64,000 bases of DNA. Origin: the human T2T-CHM13v2.0 reference genome, Homo sapiens. The notes under the pieces were generated by a model that saw only the letters and a program-made list of their open reading frames with translations, was not told the origin of the DNA and ran no database searches. Position 1 is the first letter of the stretch, and every line of letters starts with the position of its first letter. The stretch lies in the NCBI RefSeq assembly GCF_009914755.1, contig NC_060933.1, one strand, 5' to 3'. The position numbers and the translations under genes are program-made. Of the stretch, positions 1 through 13,386 are shown one piece after another.

Positions 1-252
1 CATGGGGAGCTGTTTAGATGGCCCTTTATAGCTGTCCTGGTTGAAACAAAAGGTATGGACTCCTGTGTCTCTGCATCAACCAGTCATTGGATATAGGTGA
101 CCACAGGGGAGGAGATGAAACTTTCAGCTAGGCAAAGCCTAGGAAGGAACTCAATGATGAGCTGTCACCAGCCAAGACTCTTGCCAAATGAAGGAATTTA
201 TGCCTCTGTCCTGAAGGGGGATTCTGTATGATGCAACACAGCAACCACTGTA
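1..252. mobile_element. Old MaLR (MLT1-type) LTR fragment
   Basis: CATCAACCAGTCATTGGAT..GG and flanking motifs resemble MLT1 consensus; heavily diverged. Confidence 0.4.
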
Positions 253-945
253 AAAGCAATATAAGTTTCTAATGAAATCTTTGGCAACCTGCCACCAAGT
301 TATCTCCTGTTGAAACCATTACTACAGTTTCTGTCCACCATGATCTGTCCACTTGGATTGCTGTTTCCCTGTCTCCAACCATCAAATACATATTTGACCT
401 GAAGAATTCAGCTTAAACATCATCTAGTAAAATCCTCCAAAAAAATCTCTCCTGATGATGTTACCAACCATGATTTTTTTTTTTTCTTCTCATGGACTTT
501 CTTGGCATCCTACACCAAAACTGTTTCATAAGTTTGCTTTGTGTAAGAAAAAAGCCCTCTAAGTGGATGACTATGGAGCTGATGCTCAAACCTGAGGTAT
601 AAAGAAACCAAGATGGAGGTTAATAGAGGTGGGAGAAATAACTTGACAAATTCAGTAGGAGATTCTTTAGGACTCATTTGTTCCTCTAGGGTCCACACAG
701 ATAACACTAGGGCTGAGTCCCAAAGTGTCCTGTAGTCCAGGGCTATGTTTTGTAAGCCAGATTCTTCTCTTTTCACCATAATCTATGAATTGCTTCCTCA
801 TTAATATTCCCAAAGCTTTAGTAAAGGATTTTTCTAAAGTTCCTTTCTTGACTTGCCCTTGCTTCAGAACCTTAAAAGGAGAGATCATTTCAATTCCTTC
901 TTAGGGCTTTTGTGCCCCTTCCCCACCCACGACTCCATCCCCATC

Positions 946-1572
946 TGTTACCAGAAAGGGGTCCTGATCCAGACCCCAAGAGAAGGTTCTTGGACCTTGC
1001 ACAAGACAGAATTCAGGGCGAGTCCATAGAGTAAAGTGAAAACAAGTTTATTAAAAAAGTAAAGGAATAAAAGAGTGGCTATTCCACAGGCAGAGCAGTG
1101 GCATGGGCTGCTCAACTGATTATACTTATAGTTATTTCTTGATTATTTGCTAAATAAAGGGTGGATTATTCATGAGTTTCCTGGGAAAGTGGTGGGCAAT
1201 TCCCAGAACTGAGGGTTCCTCCCCTTTTAAGACCATATAGGGTAACTTGCTGATATTGCCATGGCATTTGTAAACCATAATGGTGCTGGTGAACGTGTCT
1301 TTTAGCATGCTAATGCATTATAATTAGTGTAATGAGGAGTGAGGACTACCAGAAGTCACTTTCATCACATCTTGATTTTGGTGAGTTTTGGCCAGCTTCT
1401 GTACCACATCCTTTTATCAGCAAGGTCTTTATGACCCATCTTGTGCCAAACTCCTATTTCATCCCGTAACTAAGAATGCCTAACCTCCTGGGAATGCAGT
1501 CCATAGGTGTCAGCCTCACTTTACCGAGCCACTATTCAGGACGAAGTTGCTCTGGTTCAAACATCTCTGACA
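946..1572 (-). mobile_element. MER41(B-like) 3' LTR
   Basis: Reverse complement begins TGTCAGAGATGTTTGAACCAGAGCAACT and ends CCTTTCTGGTAACA, as in the MER41 consensus; adjacent to the PPT. Confidence 0.88.
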
Positions 1573-2783
1573 TATTTTCCCCCTCCCTTTTACAGGGGAA
1601 CCCTTAATCTTAAGGGTTGTAAACGGACAAATATCCATCTTCTGTAACATCTTCAGGCTGAAGAGGGGTGATGATATTCCTGCCTATTAGGGTCTCTTGT
1701 ATTCAGGGTAGAGAGGAGCTCAGTCAGAAAGTGTAGGTATGGCGAGGGCCACTCATAACTCTGAGTTCCAACAAAATGTGGCATCTGAAAGATGAATAAG
1801 TATTTAATTCAATAAAACATTCAGTAAGCTTATCCTGAATTCCTATACGAAGAGTGCAATAGTAATAAATTCCACAACAGTAAAGCAAAATAAGGAAAAT
1901 TATCCCCAGTAAACTAAATAAGAAGGCTTTCCATGAACTACACCACTGTTGGAAGCAAGCTGATACGGGATTGCTAACTGATCCCAATATGTACCCAGAT
2001 GTAGAATACTGATCTGGATTTTTACATTACCCATCCCTCACGTTTATTCTGAGCTGCAGCTGGAGATCACTAGTTGGTTTACAGGAATAAGCAGGGTAAG
2101 TCCAAATTGCAACAACAACAACAAAAAACCCTCAAAAATAACTGATGAGACTAGAATCTGATAGGGTGCACAATAGTTTTAGAAACGTAATTTTTCTCTT
2201 TCCAGTCTCCCATTTTTACTAAAGACAAATGATAGTAAGACCGACTTGCTTTATTATCCTTGGCCTGATTATTTATATGAAGTGCAGCAAGAATGATTAT
2301 TTTTCACATAGGCTTTTTACATTAGTTTTAACACAACTTTGTTCCATAGAAGGAATATCAAATAAGACCTTTTTTAAAGCCAAGCCCAGACATGGGTTTT
2401 TACTGTCAAATACCTATGTGAGTTGGCTCCTCTTGAGGTCTCAAGATAACCTGGGGCTCCTGGGTCTGTCAGAAAATTACATTCTTTACATACCACAGGT
2501 CAAGAACTCTGTACAGGGACTTCATAGACAAGCTATGAGGCCAGTTTTCCCAAGGGGCCTTTACTGGTTCTAAAGGTTAAGCATGCCATTCCAGTCAAAG
2601 CCTTAGTAAAATAATCACTTTCTCCAATTGTGTCCTGTTACAAAAGAAAACAGATTCTTATTGCACTTATGCAAATAACTATGTTATCATAAGTTAAGAA
2701 TACTCACAAATGGTTTCCAAATTCTGGAAAAATCAGGTAGCAAGAAACAAATATGCTCCAAATTTTGTTCACAGAAGTATAAT

Positions 2784-3149
2784 TGTATTAGTCCGTTTTC
2801 ATACTGCTATGAAGAAATACCTGAGACTGAGTAATTTATAAAGAAAAAGAGGTTTAATGGACTTACAGTCCCCTTCCCACATGGCTGGGGAGGCCTCACA
2901 ATCATGGCAGAAGGTGAAGGAGGAGCAAAGGCATGTCTTACATGGTGCCAGGCAAGAGAGCATGTGCAGGGGAACTGCCCTTTATAAAACCATCAGGTCT
3001 CATGAGACTTACTATCATGAGAACAGCACGGGAAAAACCCATCCCCGTGATTCAATTGCCTCCCAATGGGTCCCTCCCATGACACATGGGGATTATGGGA
3101 GCTACAATTCAAGATGAGATTTGGGTGGGGACACAGCCAAACCATATCA
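2784..3149 (-). mobile_element. THE1 (MaLR) solo LTR nested in MER41-int
   Basis: Reverse complement starts TGATATGGTTTGGCTGTGTCCCCACCCAAATCTC; 5-bp TSD ATAAT/ATACT. Confidence 0.9.
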
Positions 3150-5002
3150 ATACTTTACTCAATTCTTAAAAGTTGTAAATAGCTCAAAAGAAAAGTTTCT
3201 TGGCTCTGAGAAACAAAACAAAGGATCAGCAATGTTTTAAGCCAAAAGCCAAAAAAGATTACTTTAGGCTTCTATTAGTTCAGTCCATGCAATTAACGCC
3301 TGTTCTGCTTGATATTCATGAACAGTTCAGCCCTCCATGAGAGTTCTGAAAGTTTTTCCTCTATTATAATGTCACAGTCTCCAAAGTTATCAGAAACCTG
3401 CATTCAAGAGCACCTGTCAAAGTCTTATAGCTGATTATAAACCACCTTTTGAAGGGGATCAAAATAAGACAGCAATTGTCCATGGTTGACAAAAAGTCTT
3501 AGAACAGCCACTATTAAAGCCACAATTGACAAGAAAATTTTGGTTACTTCTGTGGCATACAACAATTTTACATAATAATTATGACTATTAATAACATCCA
3601 CTAAATCATATCAGAATTATAGGAGTTTCCCATAATTTTGGAACACATACCTAAAACATATTTACACAAATACATCTTTTACTTCTTAATAGAGGGAAGA
3701 CTTAGCTTTCCAAACAATCTGACTCTTTCCTTTCCCTTCTTTTTCTTATAGTTTATTTAAAAGGCAAACAAAAACATTTTCGTATTTTTTAATATAACAT
3801 GAAAACCTTGTTCAACAGAGAAAGCCAAATTTCACCTTTGCATTAATGCAGTATTGATGCCAAACCTAATTCTTAAAAAAAAAACCTTATAGACTAATCT
3901 ATCCAATCTTAATCAGTTAGATCATAAGGTAAGATTCTCATAAACCTTTTATAACCCTTTACAATTTTTTCTTAAAGAGTAGATCACTGCTCTAAGAAAA
4001 CCCTGTTGTGCTTTTATTCCAATGTTCAATTTATGAAAAAAACTGAATAATACCTCCTTTAATTTTAGCTAATATGTTCACACACAGAATTTCTTTTATA
4101 AGATTAATTGTTCACAAACCTTCCACAACTTGTTTAAACCTTCAGCTTTTTTCTATCTAGCTTGAAAAAAGTTTTTAAGCCTCTAAACTAGGCCAAAAAA
4201 ATCCGTATTCCCATGCCTTCTTATAATTTTTTACCAAAAACACGTCACTGTCCTTACACACCTTGTATGTAAAACTGCTTATTCAGTAGACTCAATTAAA
4301 CGTTACAATGCTAACTGAGCAACTTTTATTTTTGGTGAAAAATCTGGTAAGTAAGGATTTTAATTATCTATCAGGTGTGGAGCCTAAGACACTAGACATA
4401 AGTCCAGATAAGGTCCTTTTTCAGCATAGCCGGGGGCATGGCTAACTCCACATGTTCCCATGCCTTACCTGGAATCTAATGGCTCCAAAGCAGGTAAGTT
4501 GAACAATTATCAAGTTAAAAAAGCACTTTATGATATTAAAGCATTTGGCAAACCTAAATCTGACTGGCGCAATTTAGACCAAATGTCTTTATTTTACCAA
4601 TAATCTTTAAAACTGTCTCTAATTCCTAAAGATTATTAAAGTCACGTGAAGTAAAAGGCATTTGTTTTTATTTTTCTGATAATATTTGATTTAATTGCCT
4701 ATTATCTTTAAACCAATTAATCAGAGCTCTTTTATATATAAACACCACACACACAACACATGTAAATATGCAGACAGACAGAAAATCCAGTACTTGGAAG
4801 ATTTTCCATTTGCTTACAATCCATTAAGTTTCTTAATTGGATTGCTGGCTTTAGGGTGGAGCCCTTGGAGGAACAGGACTGGGAAAGCATGCAGTTTCCA
4901 GGGCCTAATAAGCAGGCACAGCTGGAAGGCAAAGCAGAGCCCCAAAATTAAGGGTCTCATTTTTATATTAGATCCTGGATCCCCAAAGAAAAGAGGGAAT
5001 CA

Positions 5003-5328
5003 GGAATGAGATAATGTCCTTTGCAGGGACATGGCTGAAGCTGGAAGCCATTATCCTCAGCAAACTAACACAGGAACAGAAAACCAACCACCACATGTTC
5101 TCACTTATAAGTGGGAGCTGAACAATGAGAACACATGAATACAGGGAGGGGAACAACACACACTGGGGCCTGTCGGGGAGGGCATCAGGATAAATAGCTA
5201 ATGCATGTGGGGTTTAATACCTAGATGATAGGTTGATAGGTGCAGCAAACCTCCATGGCATATGCTTACCTATGTAACAAACCTGCACATCCTGCACATG
5301 TATCCCAGAACTTAAAGTTAAATTTTAA
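5003..5328 (+). mobile_element. 5'-truncated L1PA 3' end nested in MER41-int
   Basis: L1 ORF2 end / 3' UTR sequence; 14-bp TSD AAAAGAGGGAATCA at 4989-5002 and 5329-5342. Confidence 0.92.
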
Positions 5329-6228
5329 AAAAGAGGGAATCAACCCATCTCCCATAGGAGTCTCATCTCTCAGTGGGGAATGGGGACATTTTCATACTTT
5401 CTAGGTGGCCAAGAACATGATTCTCTAATCCAAACATGCAAAATGCCAAGTATCTCCCTATAACTGCCATTAGCCATCCCCAAAAGTATATTTCCTACCT
5501 AGTTATTACACACCAAAGCTCTCTCATAATGCAAAGTAATTTCTGATACCCCTAAAAGTCAATACTGTCAGACATCACAGTGCAAAACAGAGGAGAGCCT
5601 TAGATTTTGAGAGGGATCTATCTGATTTCAATTTCTGGGTTTTCATGAAGAAAGCAGAGGTTTTTCCTCAAACAGGGTCTGTAGTGCCTCCTGTTTTTCC
5701 CAAGGAGTCCCAGGCTGTTAGAGCTTGAATATCCACTTTTAATTAAGCTGACTTTTAACCATAGCATTCTTTTAAAAAAAAAAAATCTCATTATCAGACT
5801 CTAGCCAGGCAAAACAGCAAATACTTGTAGCTTTTGAACTTTACCAAAGGTAACCTCCCAGGTACTCAGAAAAAGGAAAATTCAAGAAAGGAAGTCAGAA
5901 GTTGTTCTACGGCACTGGGCAGTCTCCATTGCCCTTCCCAGAAGGAGTCTAGAGCAGCCAATTTTGAGCTTGCAAAGCCTTTTAACTGCTCAATATAATT
6001 TTTAGGGCTAACTATGATATGAACCCCAAAGTTCCTGTTCTCTGAATGGCAGAGACAAAGAGGAAGTACTGCCACATGGTTATAAGGTCAAGCTCCCAAG
6101 AACATAAAACAAGACAAGAGGGGAACTTCAGTTTTGTTTTTGTTTTGTTTTGTTTTGTTTCAGGGATCTGAAGCAAAGTTTGTAAGTGACCAGTTTGATG
6201 GGCTGTCTTGAACAGCAGTCTTATAGGG

Positions 6229-6776
6229 TGTATTAGTCAGGGTTCTCTGAAGGGACAGAACTAGCAGATAGATGAATAAATGAATGGGAAATTTATTAGG
6301 AGAATTGTCTCACATGATTACAAGGTGAAGTCCCACAATAGGCCATCTGCAAGCTGAGAGGCCAGGAAGCCAGTCCCAGTCCTAAAACCTGAAAAGTAGG
6401 GAAGCTAATAGTGCAGCCTTCAGTCTGTAGCTGAAGACCCAAGAGCCACTGGCAAATCATTGGTTTAAGTCCAAGAATCCTAAACTAAAGAACTTGGAGT
6501 CTGATGTTCAAGGCCAGGAAGCATCCAGCATGGGAGAAACATGGAGGCCAGAAGACTCAGCCAGTTTAGTCTTTCCACATTTCTCTGCCTGCTTTTATCC
6601 TAGCCAAGCTGGCAGCTGAATAGATGGTACCCATCCAGATTGAGGGTGGGTCAGCCTCTCCCAGTCCACCAACTCAAATGTTAATCTCCTTTGGCAGCAC
6701 CCTCACAGACACACCCAGGAACAATACTTTGCATCCTTCAATCCAATCAATTTGATACTCAGTATTAACCACCAAA
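6229..6776 (-). mobile_element. MLT2A (HERV-L) solo LTR nested in MER41-int
   Basis: Reverse complement starts ..TGGTTAATACTGAGTATCAAATTGATTGGATTGAAGGATGCAAAG; 5-bp TSD TAGGG/TGGGG. Confidence 0.85.
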
Positions 6777-8044
6777 TGGGGGCTTAAGCCTGTATTCTAT
6801 CCTAAGGTAACCCTCCTTCTGACAGAACAATCTGGAAAGACAAATTTATAGCACAAAGTACAGCAAATTCACTACAGCTTAAGACTAACTTAATGGGAAA
6901 ATTCTTTTTCCTATTAATTAAAACTTTACACAGGAATAAAGAGGGATGTTTACCATTCCTATAACTCGTTTGCACAGAGAGGCCAGAAGTCTGAATGGTA
7001 AGAAATTCTTACCCTTTTGCTGGCATGCCAGGCTTCTGGGTTCCCTTTCCCTGAGCAGCCCTAGTGACCTGTCTTGTGGCACCATAGCCCTAGGGGCCAA
7101 ACCACAACACAAAGGAAAATCACCTTTTTCCATTTCATGAAACCATAGGCAAAAGCCTCTCAATTTTGCAAGATGTCACCCAAGAGATTGCATGGGGTAA
7201 CCCAATTAACATCTTCCAAACCAGCCAGAGCAAAATAAATGTGACAAAACATAGACATTAGCCACTCTGCTTAGCACCCAGTATCAAACTGGGAAGGCTC
7301 AAACATGATTCTAGTTGGGCCTTTTCATCTTTGATCCACTCAAATTGGTGTGGAATGATCTTCTGACCAGGAGTTTCCACATGTGGTTTCTGGGCAAACT
7401 GAAACCGTAGACAGTTGCCCTGAGTAACAGAAAAGATAGAAAAGAGAAAGGAAAGAAAGAAAGGGAGAAAAGCATTGCCTGCAGCAGGGTGAGGAAAATG
7501 AGGAGCTCAGGGAGGCCAGACAAGACCGATCCATTGCAGCAACACTGAATCTAAAGTTCAGGTGGCCAATTGTCTCATCAGCTCTCAAATTTCCCCTTTA
7601 GGGAGAAAATGCTCCCCATATCCAGTGATCCTATATACACCTAATCCTGTCACCCACAGACATCAGCAAACAGTGCAAGGCAGATTAATACAAAGAGAAT
7701 AATGGTTAATATCCCATAATGTGAAATCCATTTTTAACCAAGAAGGACTTTACTGAGAGGAGCTTCTAACCCCCTTAATCTTAGGAAGGACTCTAACCTT
7801 CCTAGTTTGGGCCTTGAACCTAAGTTCCATCAAGCGTCCTTGCCTTTTATTAAGAGGGGCCTTTAAGCTCTCTGTCTTAGGAGAGGCTCTAACTCTCCTA
7901 AGTTGGGCCTCTAACCCAATTCCATCCTTTAACCAGGTAAAATGGTTCCTATCACTTACCCAAAGTCATACAATTGGTGATCTAATCTATTTCTTTTGGG
8001 TAGGGAGTCTCCTTAGTTTAATCTCATTGTGGTCACCAGGAAGA

Positions 8045-8674
8045 TGTTACCAGAAAAGGGTCCTGATCAAGACTTTAAGTGAGGGTTCTTGGACCTCATG
8101 CAAGAAAGAATTTGGGGTGAGTCCACAGAGTAAAGTGAAAGCAAGTTTATTAGGAAAGTAAAGGAATAGAAGAATGGCTACTCCATAGACAGAGCAGTGG
8201 CATAGGCTGCTTGACTGATTATACTTATAGTTATTTGATTATATGCTAAACAAGGGGTGTATTATTCCTGAGTTTTCCAGGAAAGAGGTGGGCAATTCCC
8301 AGAACTGAGAGTTCCTCCTCTTTTTAGACCATATAGTATAACTTCCTGACATTGCTATGGCATTTGTAAACTGTCATGGCACTGGTAGGAGTGTCTTTTA
8401 GCATGCTAATGCATTATAATTAGCACATAATGAGCAGTGAAGACTACCAGAGGTTACTTTCGTCACCATCTTGGTTTTGGTGGGTTTTGGCCAGCTTCTG
8501 TACCATATTATTTTATCAGTAAGGTCTTTGTGACCTGTATCTTGTGCCAACCTCCTATCTCATCCTGTAACTAAGAATGCCTAACCTCCTGGGAATGCAG
8601 CCCAGTGGGTCTCAGCCTCACTTTGCCCAGACCCTATTCAAGATGGAGTTGCTCTGGTTCAAATGCCCCTGACA
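8045..8674 (-). mobile_element. MER41(B-like) 5' LTR
   Basis: Second copy of 946-1572, followed on - strand by the PBS-like sequence; tandem GAS motifs at 8275-8283 and 8296-8304. Confidence 0.88.
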
Positions 8675-11600
8675 CACCCATGGCTGAAGTCTATGTGGTT
8701 GTCCTGGTGTTAATTATTGAAGGATTCTGCCAAGGGGTAGGGAAATGTTAGAGAGTAAGCATCTGGGCTGTCAAATCTAACTGTCCTTTTCCCAATAGAA
8801 ATCCTCCTTACAGAATCAACCTTTTGTTATCTGTTTTAAGTTTTATTTTTCAGGGAAACAACTTTTTATACTTTTAATTAAAATTATTTGTACATAAATT
8901 TTATTTCCTCATGAGACCTTAAAGTACTTGAGATAAAAAATTTAGGAAAACCACTAGAAGCCTCAATTTTCCCATTTGCAAAATGAGTGGCAAAAATTTT
9001 TCAAAGGCCCTTTCATCCATATTACTTGCTAATTTTATACAACTCAGCCTAAAATTATAGGATGTCACAATTCTAGGCAGGTTGAGTATACTTTATCTCT
9101 GGTTTCCATATTAGTTTTCTGGCTGATATGCTGCCTATATCTTTTTGTTATTTTCAGGTAAAATAACTGCTCTGGAAAAGAAGGCAAGAAAGTAAAACAA
9201 GGCAATTTCACCACAGCCATCATCAGGAACTCAGGGGCAATTTGACTTAAAGCAGCTTGAAATTTTAAAAGAAAAACAGAAAATGCAATCTGTTTTCTCA
9301 TTTGGTCTGTTTCCTCTTTAAACAAGCACACTCTAACTCTCTAAAGATTTCCCCCTAAAAAGAAAACACATTGCTCAGCTTGACCTATAATTTAAATCAC
9401 AATTAAGCTTCCAGTTAGAATGTATCTTCATCATAAATCTACTATAAATCCCCCAGTGTTCTGTTAAATTGCCTTAGCCTCTTAAACAGCAGGACCCCAG
9501 TTTTATTTTCCCTAGTTATAAAATGCTGGATTATAGCTTATTTATGAGTTTCATGAATAAGACAAATTTGATTGCCATTCACGAAGAAATTCTCACCAGG
9601 TTATTATATTCCTAGATCCTATTAACTAATAAAAATACAGAAACTAAAAATTACTCCAAATTAGTCATTCAAGTAGAAATGCTTGCAAGACTTCTTTGTA
9701 TAAAAAGAAGATGCCACCAAACAGCACTATTAAGAACATTTCCTCCTATTGCTCCTGGTCATCACTGCTACCTCTGCTAAATCCAATCTGCTTTTTATAA
9801 ACATTTATAAATCTACCTTTTAGCCTGCTATAGCAATCATTCCTGAGGGACATTGCTTTTTCACTAGGAATTTACTCCTTATGAGCAGTGCCTAAAGTGG
9901 TTCAGATTTTATGTTCTTGACCTAAATCTGGGTACCCACTATAAATCCAAACTCGACGGAGAATGTCCAAGCGTCTGGTGAAATGGGTCATCTGGGGTTT
10001 CAAAGATTTCAGGGCTTCCATAGTCACATGGACAGGACAATTACTTGAGGCATGAAGACTCATAGGTACCCCTAGGGTAGTGTAAAATTGTTGCAAAAAG
10101 TTCTGTTTTATAATCCATAAAATAAGAATTGATATTCACTACTATATAAGCTCCATACAGCAGAAATTTTTGTAAGTACTCAATTATTTGTTGAATGAGT
10201 GGATGGACTTTCATCTCAGCTCCGCTCTGTGATCAAAGCCTAGTTCCAAGATCCAGCTTCTTCATCTATGAAAAGGAAATTACATGTATTACATGAAGTA
10301 ACTTAGGAAATGTGTATGGAACTAAGTACAGCACAAGTATAAATCAATATTCTAAGCAATAAAATTACTTTCTAATAATCATTTTAAATAATTCAAGCTA
10401 AGTCTGAAATAAAAGATTATTTAAATCCTTGAAAGGCAACAATGGGGAAAACTGTTGTTTAAAAATTGCAAGCGTTTTCTTTCTCTTAAAACGTGAGGGA
10501 TTAAACTTTCAGGCACAAACAACTTTTGTTTTTGTAAAGTCATCTGAATGGATACTCATTTACACAAATGTAGAACAATGGTTCCCAGTTGCAATAGAAA
10601 TATTTTAGACATGTAGCAGCAAAGAAATGAACTGCTTTGCTTTATATTTTAACATAGTGACATTAATGTAAACTGGTTTATTTTAAAAATATCTTTCTTT
10701 TATTAGCATAAGGACAGAAAGATGTTTTTAATACGTATGTACCTAGACCATTCCATGCCTTACATTTTCGCTTGTCCTTATGAAATTGCATGAGTGTTTT
10801 CCCGAAGAAGTTGCCCACAGGAGATTGGGAGAGAATACTGGCAACGGCAGAAAAGACTTGGAGACATGATCTTCATCATCTAATGACAAGGGACATAAAG
10901 AGAACATGATTTGGATTGCTAAAGCCTCACCTGAACTCCACTGTGGATTTCCTACAAATGCTGTTATTTAAAAACACATCCTCTAATTCTCAGAAATGTA
11001 TCGATTCCACACATTATCATGGTCTGAAGACCCTCAGGAACCAAAGACGAACCAAAACCACACTCTTATGAGTGGGGGTGGAGTTTGGAGAGAATGGACT
11101 ATAGGGAGTAGGGAGACCAAAATAGAATGCACAGAAGTCTATGAATTCCCCATTTCCCACCTACCTGTAATGGGATAGAGGTGGGAATGGAAGTCAATAT
11201 TTGAAGATAAGGCCAGCATGGGAAAGGGAAGAGAGATAGTGATCAAGGTAATTCCTGAGTTTCTATGCACACTAATGTTTGATGGAGTATGCATGTAATC
11301 ACCTAGGAACTTAAATATGGGTAAAAATAACAACAAAACAACAACAAACTTTCATCTGAAAAATCCGGAAAACAATAGTTTCTGGTTTGGAGAGAATGAC
11401 CATCTTTATAATCTTTGTATGTTCATGTAGTCGCTCATCCCTTCAATTAACACTTATGGAGCACAACTCTGTCTCCAAAATTGAACTGGATGCTGGGTTT
11501 ATAGACACTTACAAGGCAAGACCACTGACATCAAAGTGCTCACAGTGGGTGACAAACATATAAATAAATACATGTAACAGGAGTCTGTATAATTCATAAA

Positions 11601-13386
11601 ACAAAGGAGGGTTGGTAATTATACCTCGACAGCAACTAAGAAAGTGGTATCTGAATTAGAGTCTTTCAACCCAAAACTGCAGCCGTTCATAAAGCATAGA
11701 AGCTTGTTTTTACTTTACAGGCAAAAAAAAAATTGCAACCAGAGGTAAAGAATATGGTGCCGAGAGCCCTCTGAAGCATACAGCTGGCATAAATATTTCA
11801 TGGTACATTCCTCAGCCTACTATCACAGTGGTCACTGATGATATTACACAAATAGAATATGTTGATAATAGGGATTTTTTTTTAAGTTTTCAATATTAGA
11901 TCATTGAGAAATGATCACTACAATGAACTCACTGAACCTTAAAATACTATTTTGTGAAATATATTGTATATTTTCAAGTATTTTTTTCTTTTTTAAACTA
12001 TTCTTTTCTGGCACCTTAATGAGTGAGCAGCAAATGAACCCCATGAACTTATTCATATTGAACCAATATTTATTAAATATCTACTATGTGACAAGCACCA
12101 ATATGTATCACAAAGGTATGTCACAATGAGAATGGAGGTCAGAAGAAAAGTGTGGATAAAGGGTTAAGGGATTATGGAAGAGGTTGCAAGTAACTCGAGA
12201 AATGGATCAGATTTGGGGTTTAAATACACATAGAAATACACAAGGGGGAGAAGTGAAGAGTCAAAGGGCATTTCAAGTTCACCATGTGCAAAGGAAGATG
12301 GAGAAGTGAACACTAATGCTTCAGGAATGACGAAAAGATGGTGCATAAAATGTTCCATAACCTGCCTTCTGTGGATCTCTTATACTAAATCTTGCTACTT
12401 CTTGCATCATACATTACATTTATCTTCTGTGCCATTGACTGTGCAATCTACTCTATTTAGATGACTGCCTTTCACTCTTCATTTCTCCTGGTTAATGTCT
12501 TTATACAAGTCTTCTCCACTCAACTATGGATTCCTTGGAGACAGGCAGACATCTTATTCATCTTTGTATCCCAGCACATAACACAATTCTTGGCACAATG
12601 CAGGCATTCTATAAATGCCTATTGAATCCACTGATACATCTATCCACCAACAAAGTTAGGGAGCACTTTCTTTTGTCATTGGTTGTTGCATAAGTTCACA
12701 ACAGTTAAAAAAAAAAAAAAGACATGGTAATCTAAGGAAGAAAGTAGCAGATGAATCTGAGAAAGTAGGTTGGGAACAGACAATGAAAGGTCAGCCAGGC
12801 CACCTTAAAGAGGTTAGAATTAACTTTGTGTGTAATTTTCACCAAAGGTTTATATAGAGGGAAGAGGTACCATTTTTATATAGAAACATATACATATATA
12901 TAGTAAAACTTTAGAGAGGGCAGAGTCTTGTTGAAGTAGAAGATTAAGTTAGGATATATTTGTTGACTGTAGAGGACTGCAGAGTGGTGTAAGAGGTAGT
13001 GGAGATGTTAACTGCAGAAGCAAATCTTGTAAAACAAAAAATCTGAGAGTGAAGACTCTCTTTGAATCTAGTAAGAATTGAGTTTGGTAATAAAAAGGAA
13101 CCAGTTGGAGGAGAATCTGGCAGATGTGTGTGGATTTGAAATAAAGAGTAACAATGGACCACCATGCCAAGGAGAACTATGAAATGAGAATAATATTTGA
13201 GGAAGAGAAGTCAATAATTATCCCCATAAAAGAAGGGGTATGACAAAGCAGATGAGAGGTGAGCTAGGTAGCTCTGGCTATTAACCAGCATGCAAGTGAT
13301 AAAAGCCAAGGATAGCTGGAAAAACAGAAAGAAACGAATATAAAACAAGTAAGAATAGAACTTACTTCATGAGTAGTACATGAAAA

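Larger units (their letters stand above)
946..8674 (-). mobile_element. MER41 (ERV1/MER4 group) two-LTR provirus, non-coding/decayed internal region
   Basis: Two ~630-bp TG...CA direct repeats (946-1572, 8045-8674). Polypurine tract on - strand at 1573-1591; PBS-like TGGTGACCACAATGAGA at 8038-8022; 4-bp TSD CATC/CACC (1 mismatch). Confidence 0.88.

Noticed and set aside
6131-6159. (GTTTT)n tract, plus poly-T/A and (TG)n/(AAC)n tracts elsewhere
   Set aside because: Common short microsatellites with no evidence of function
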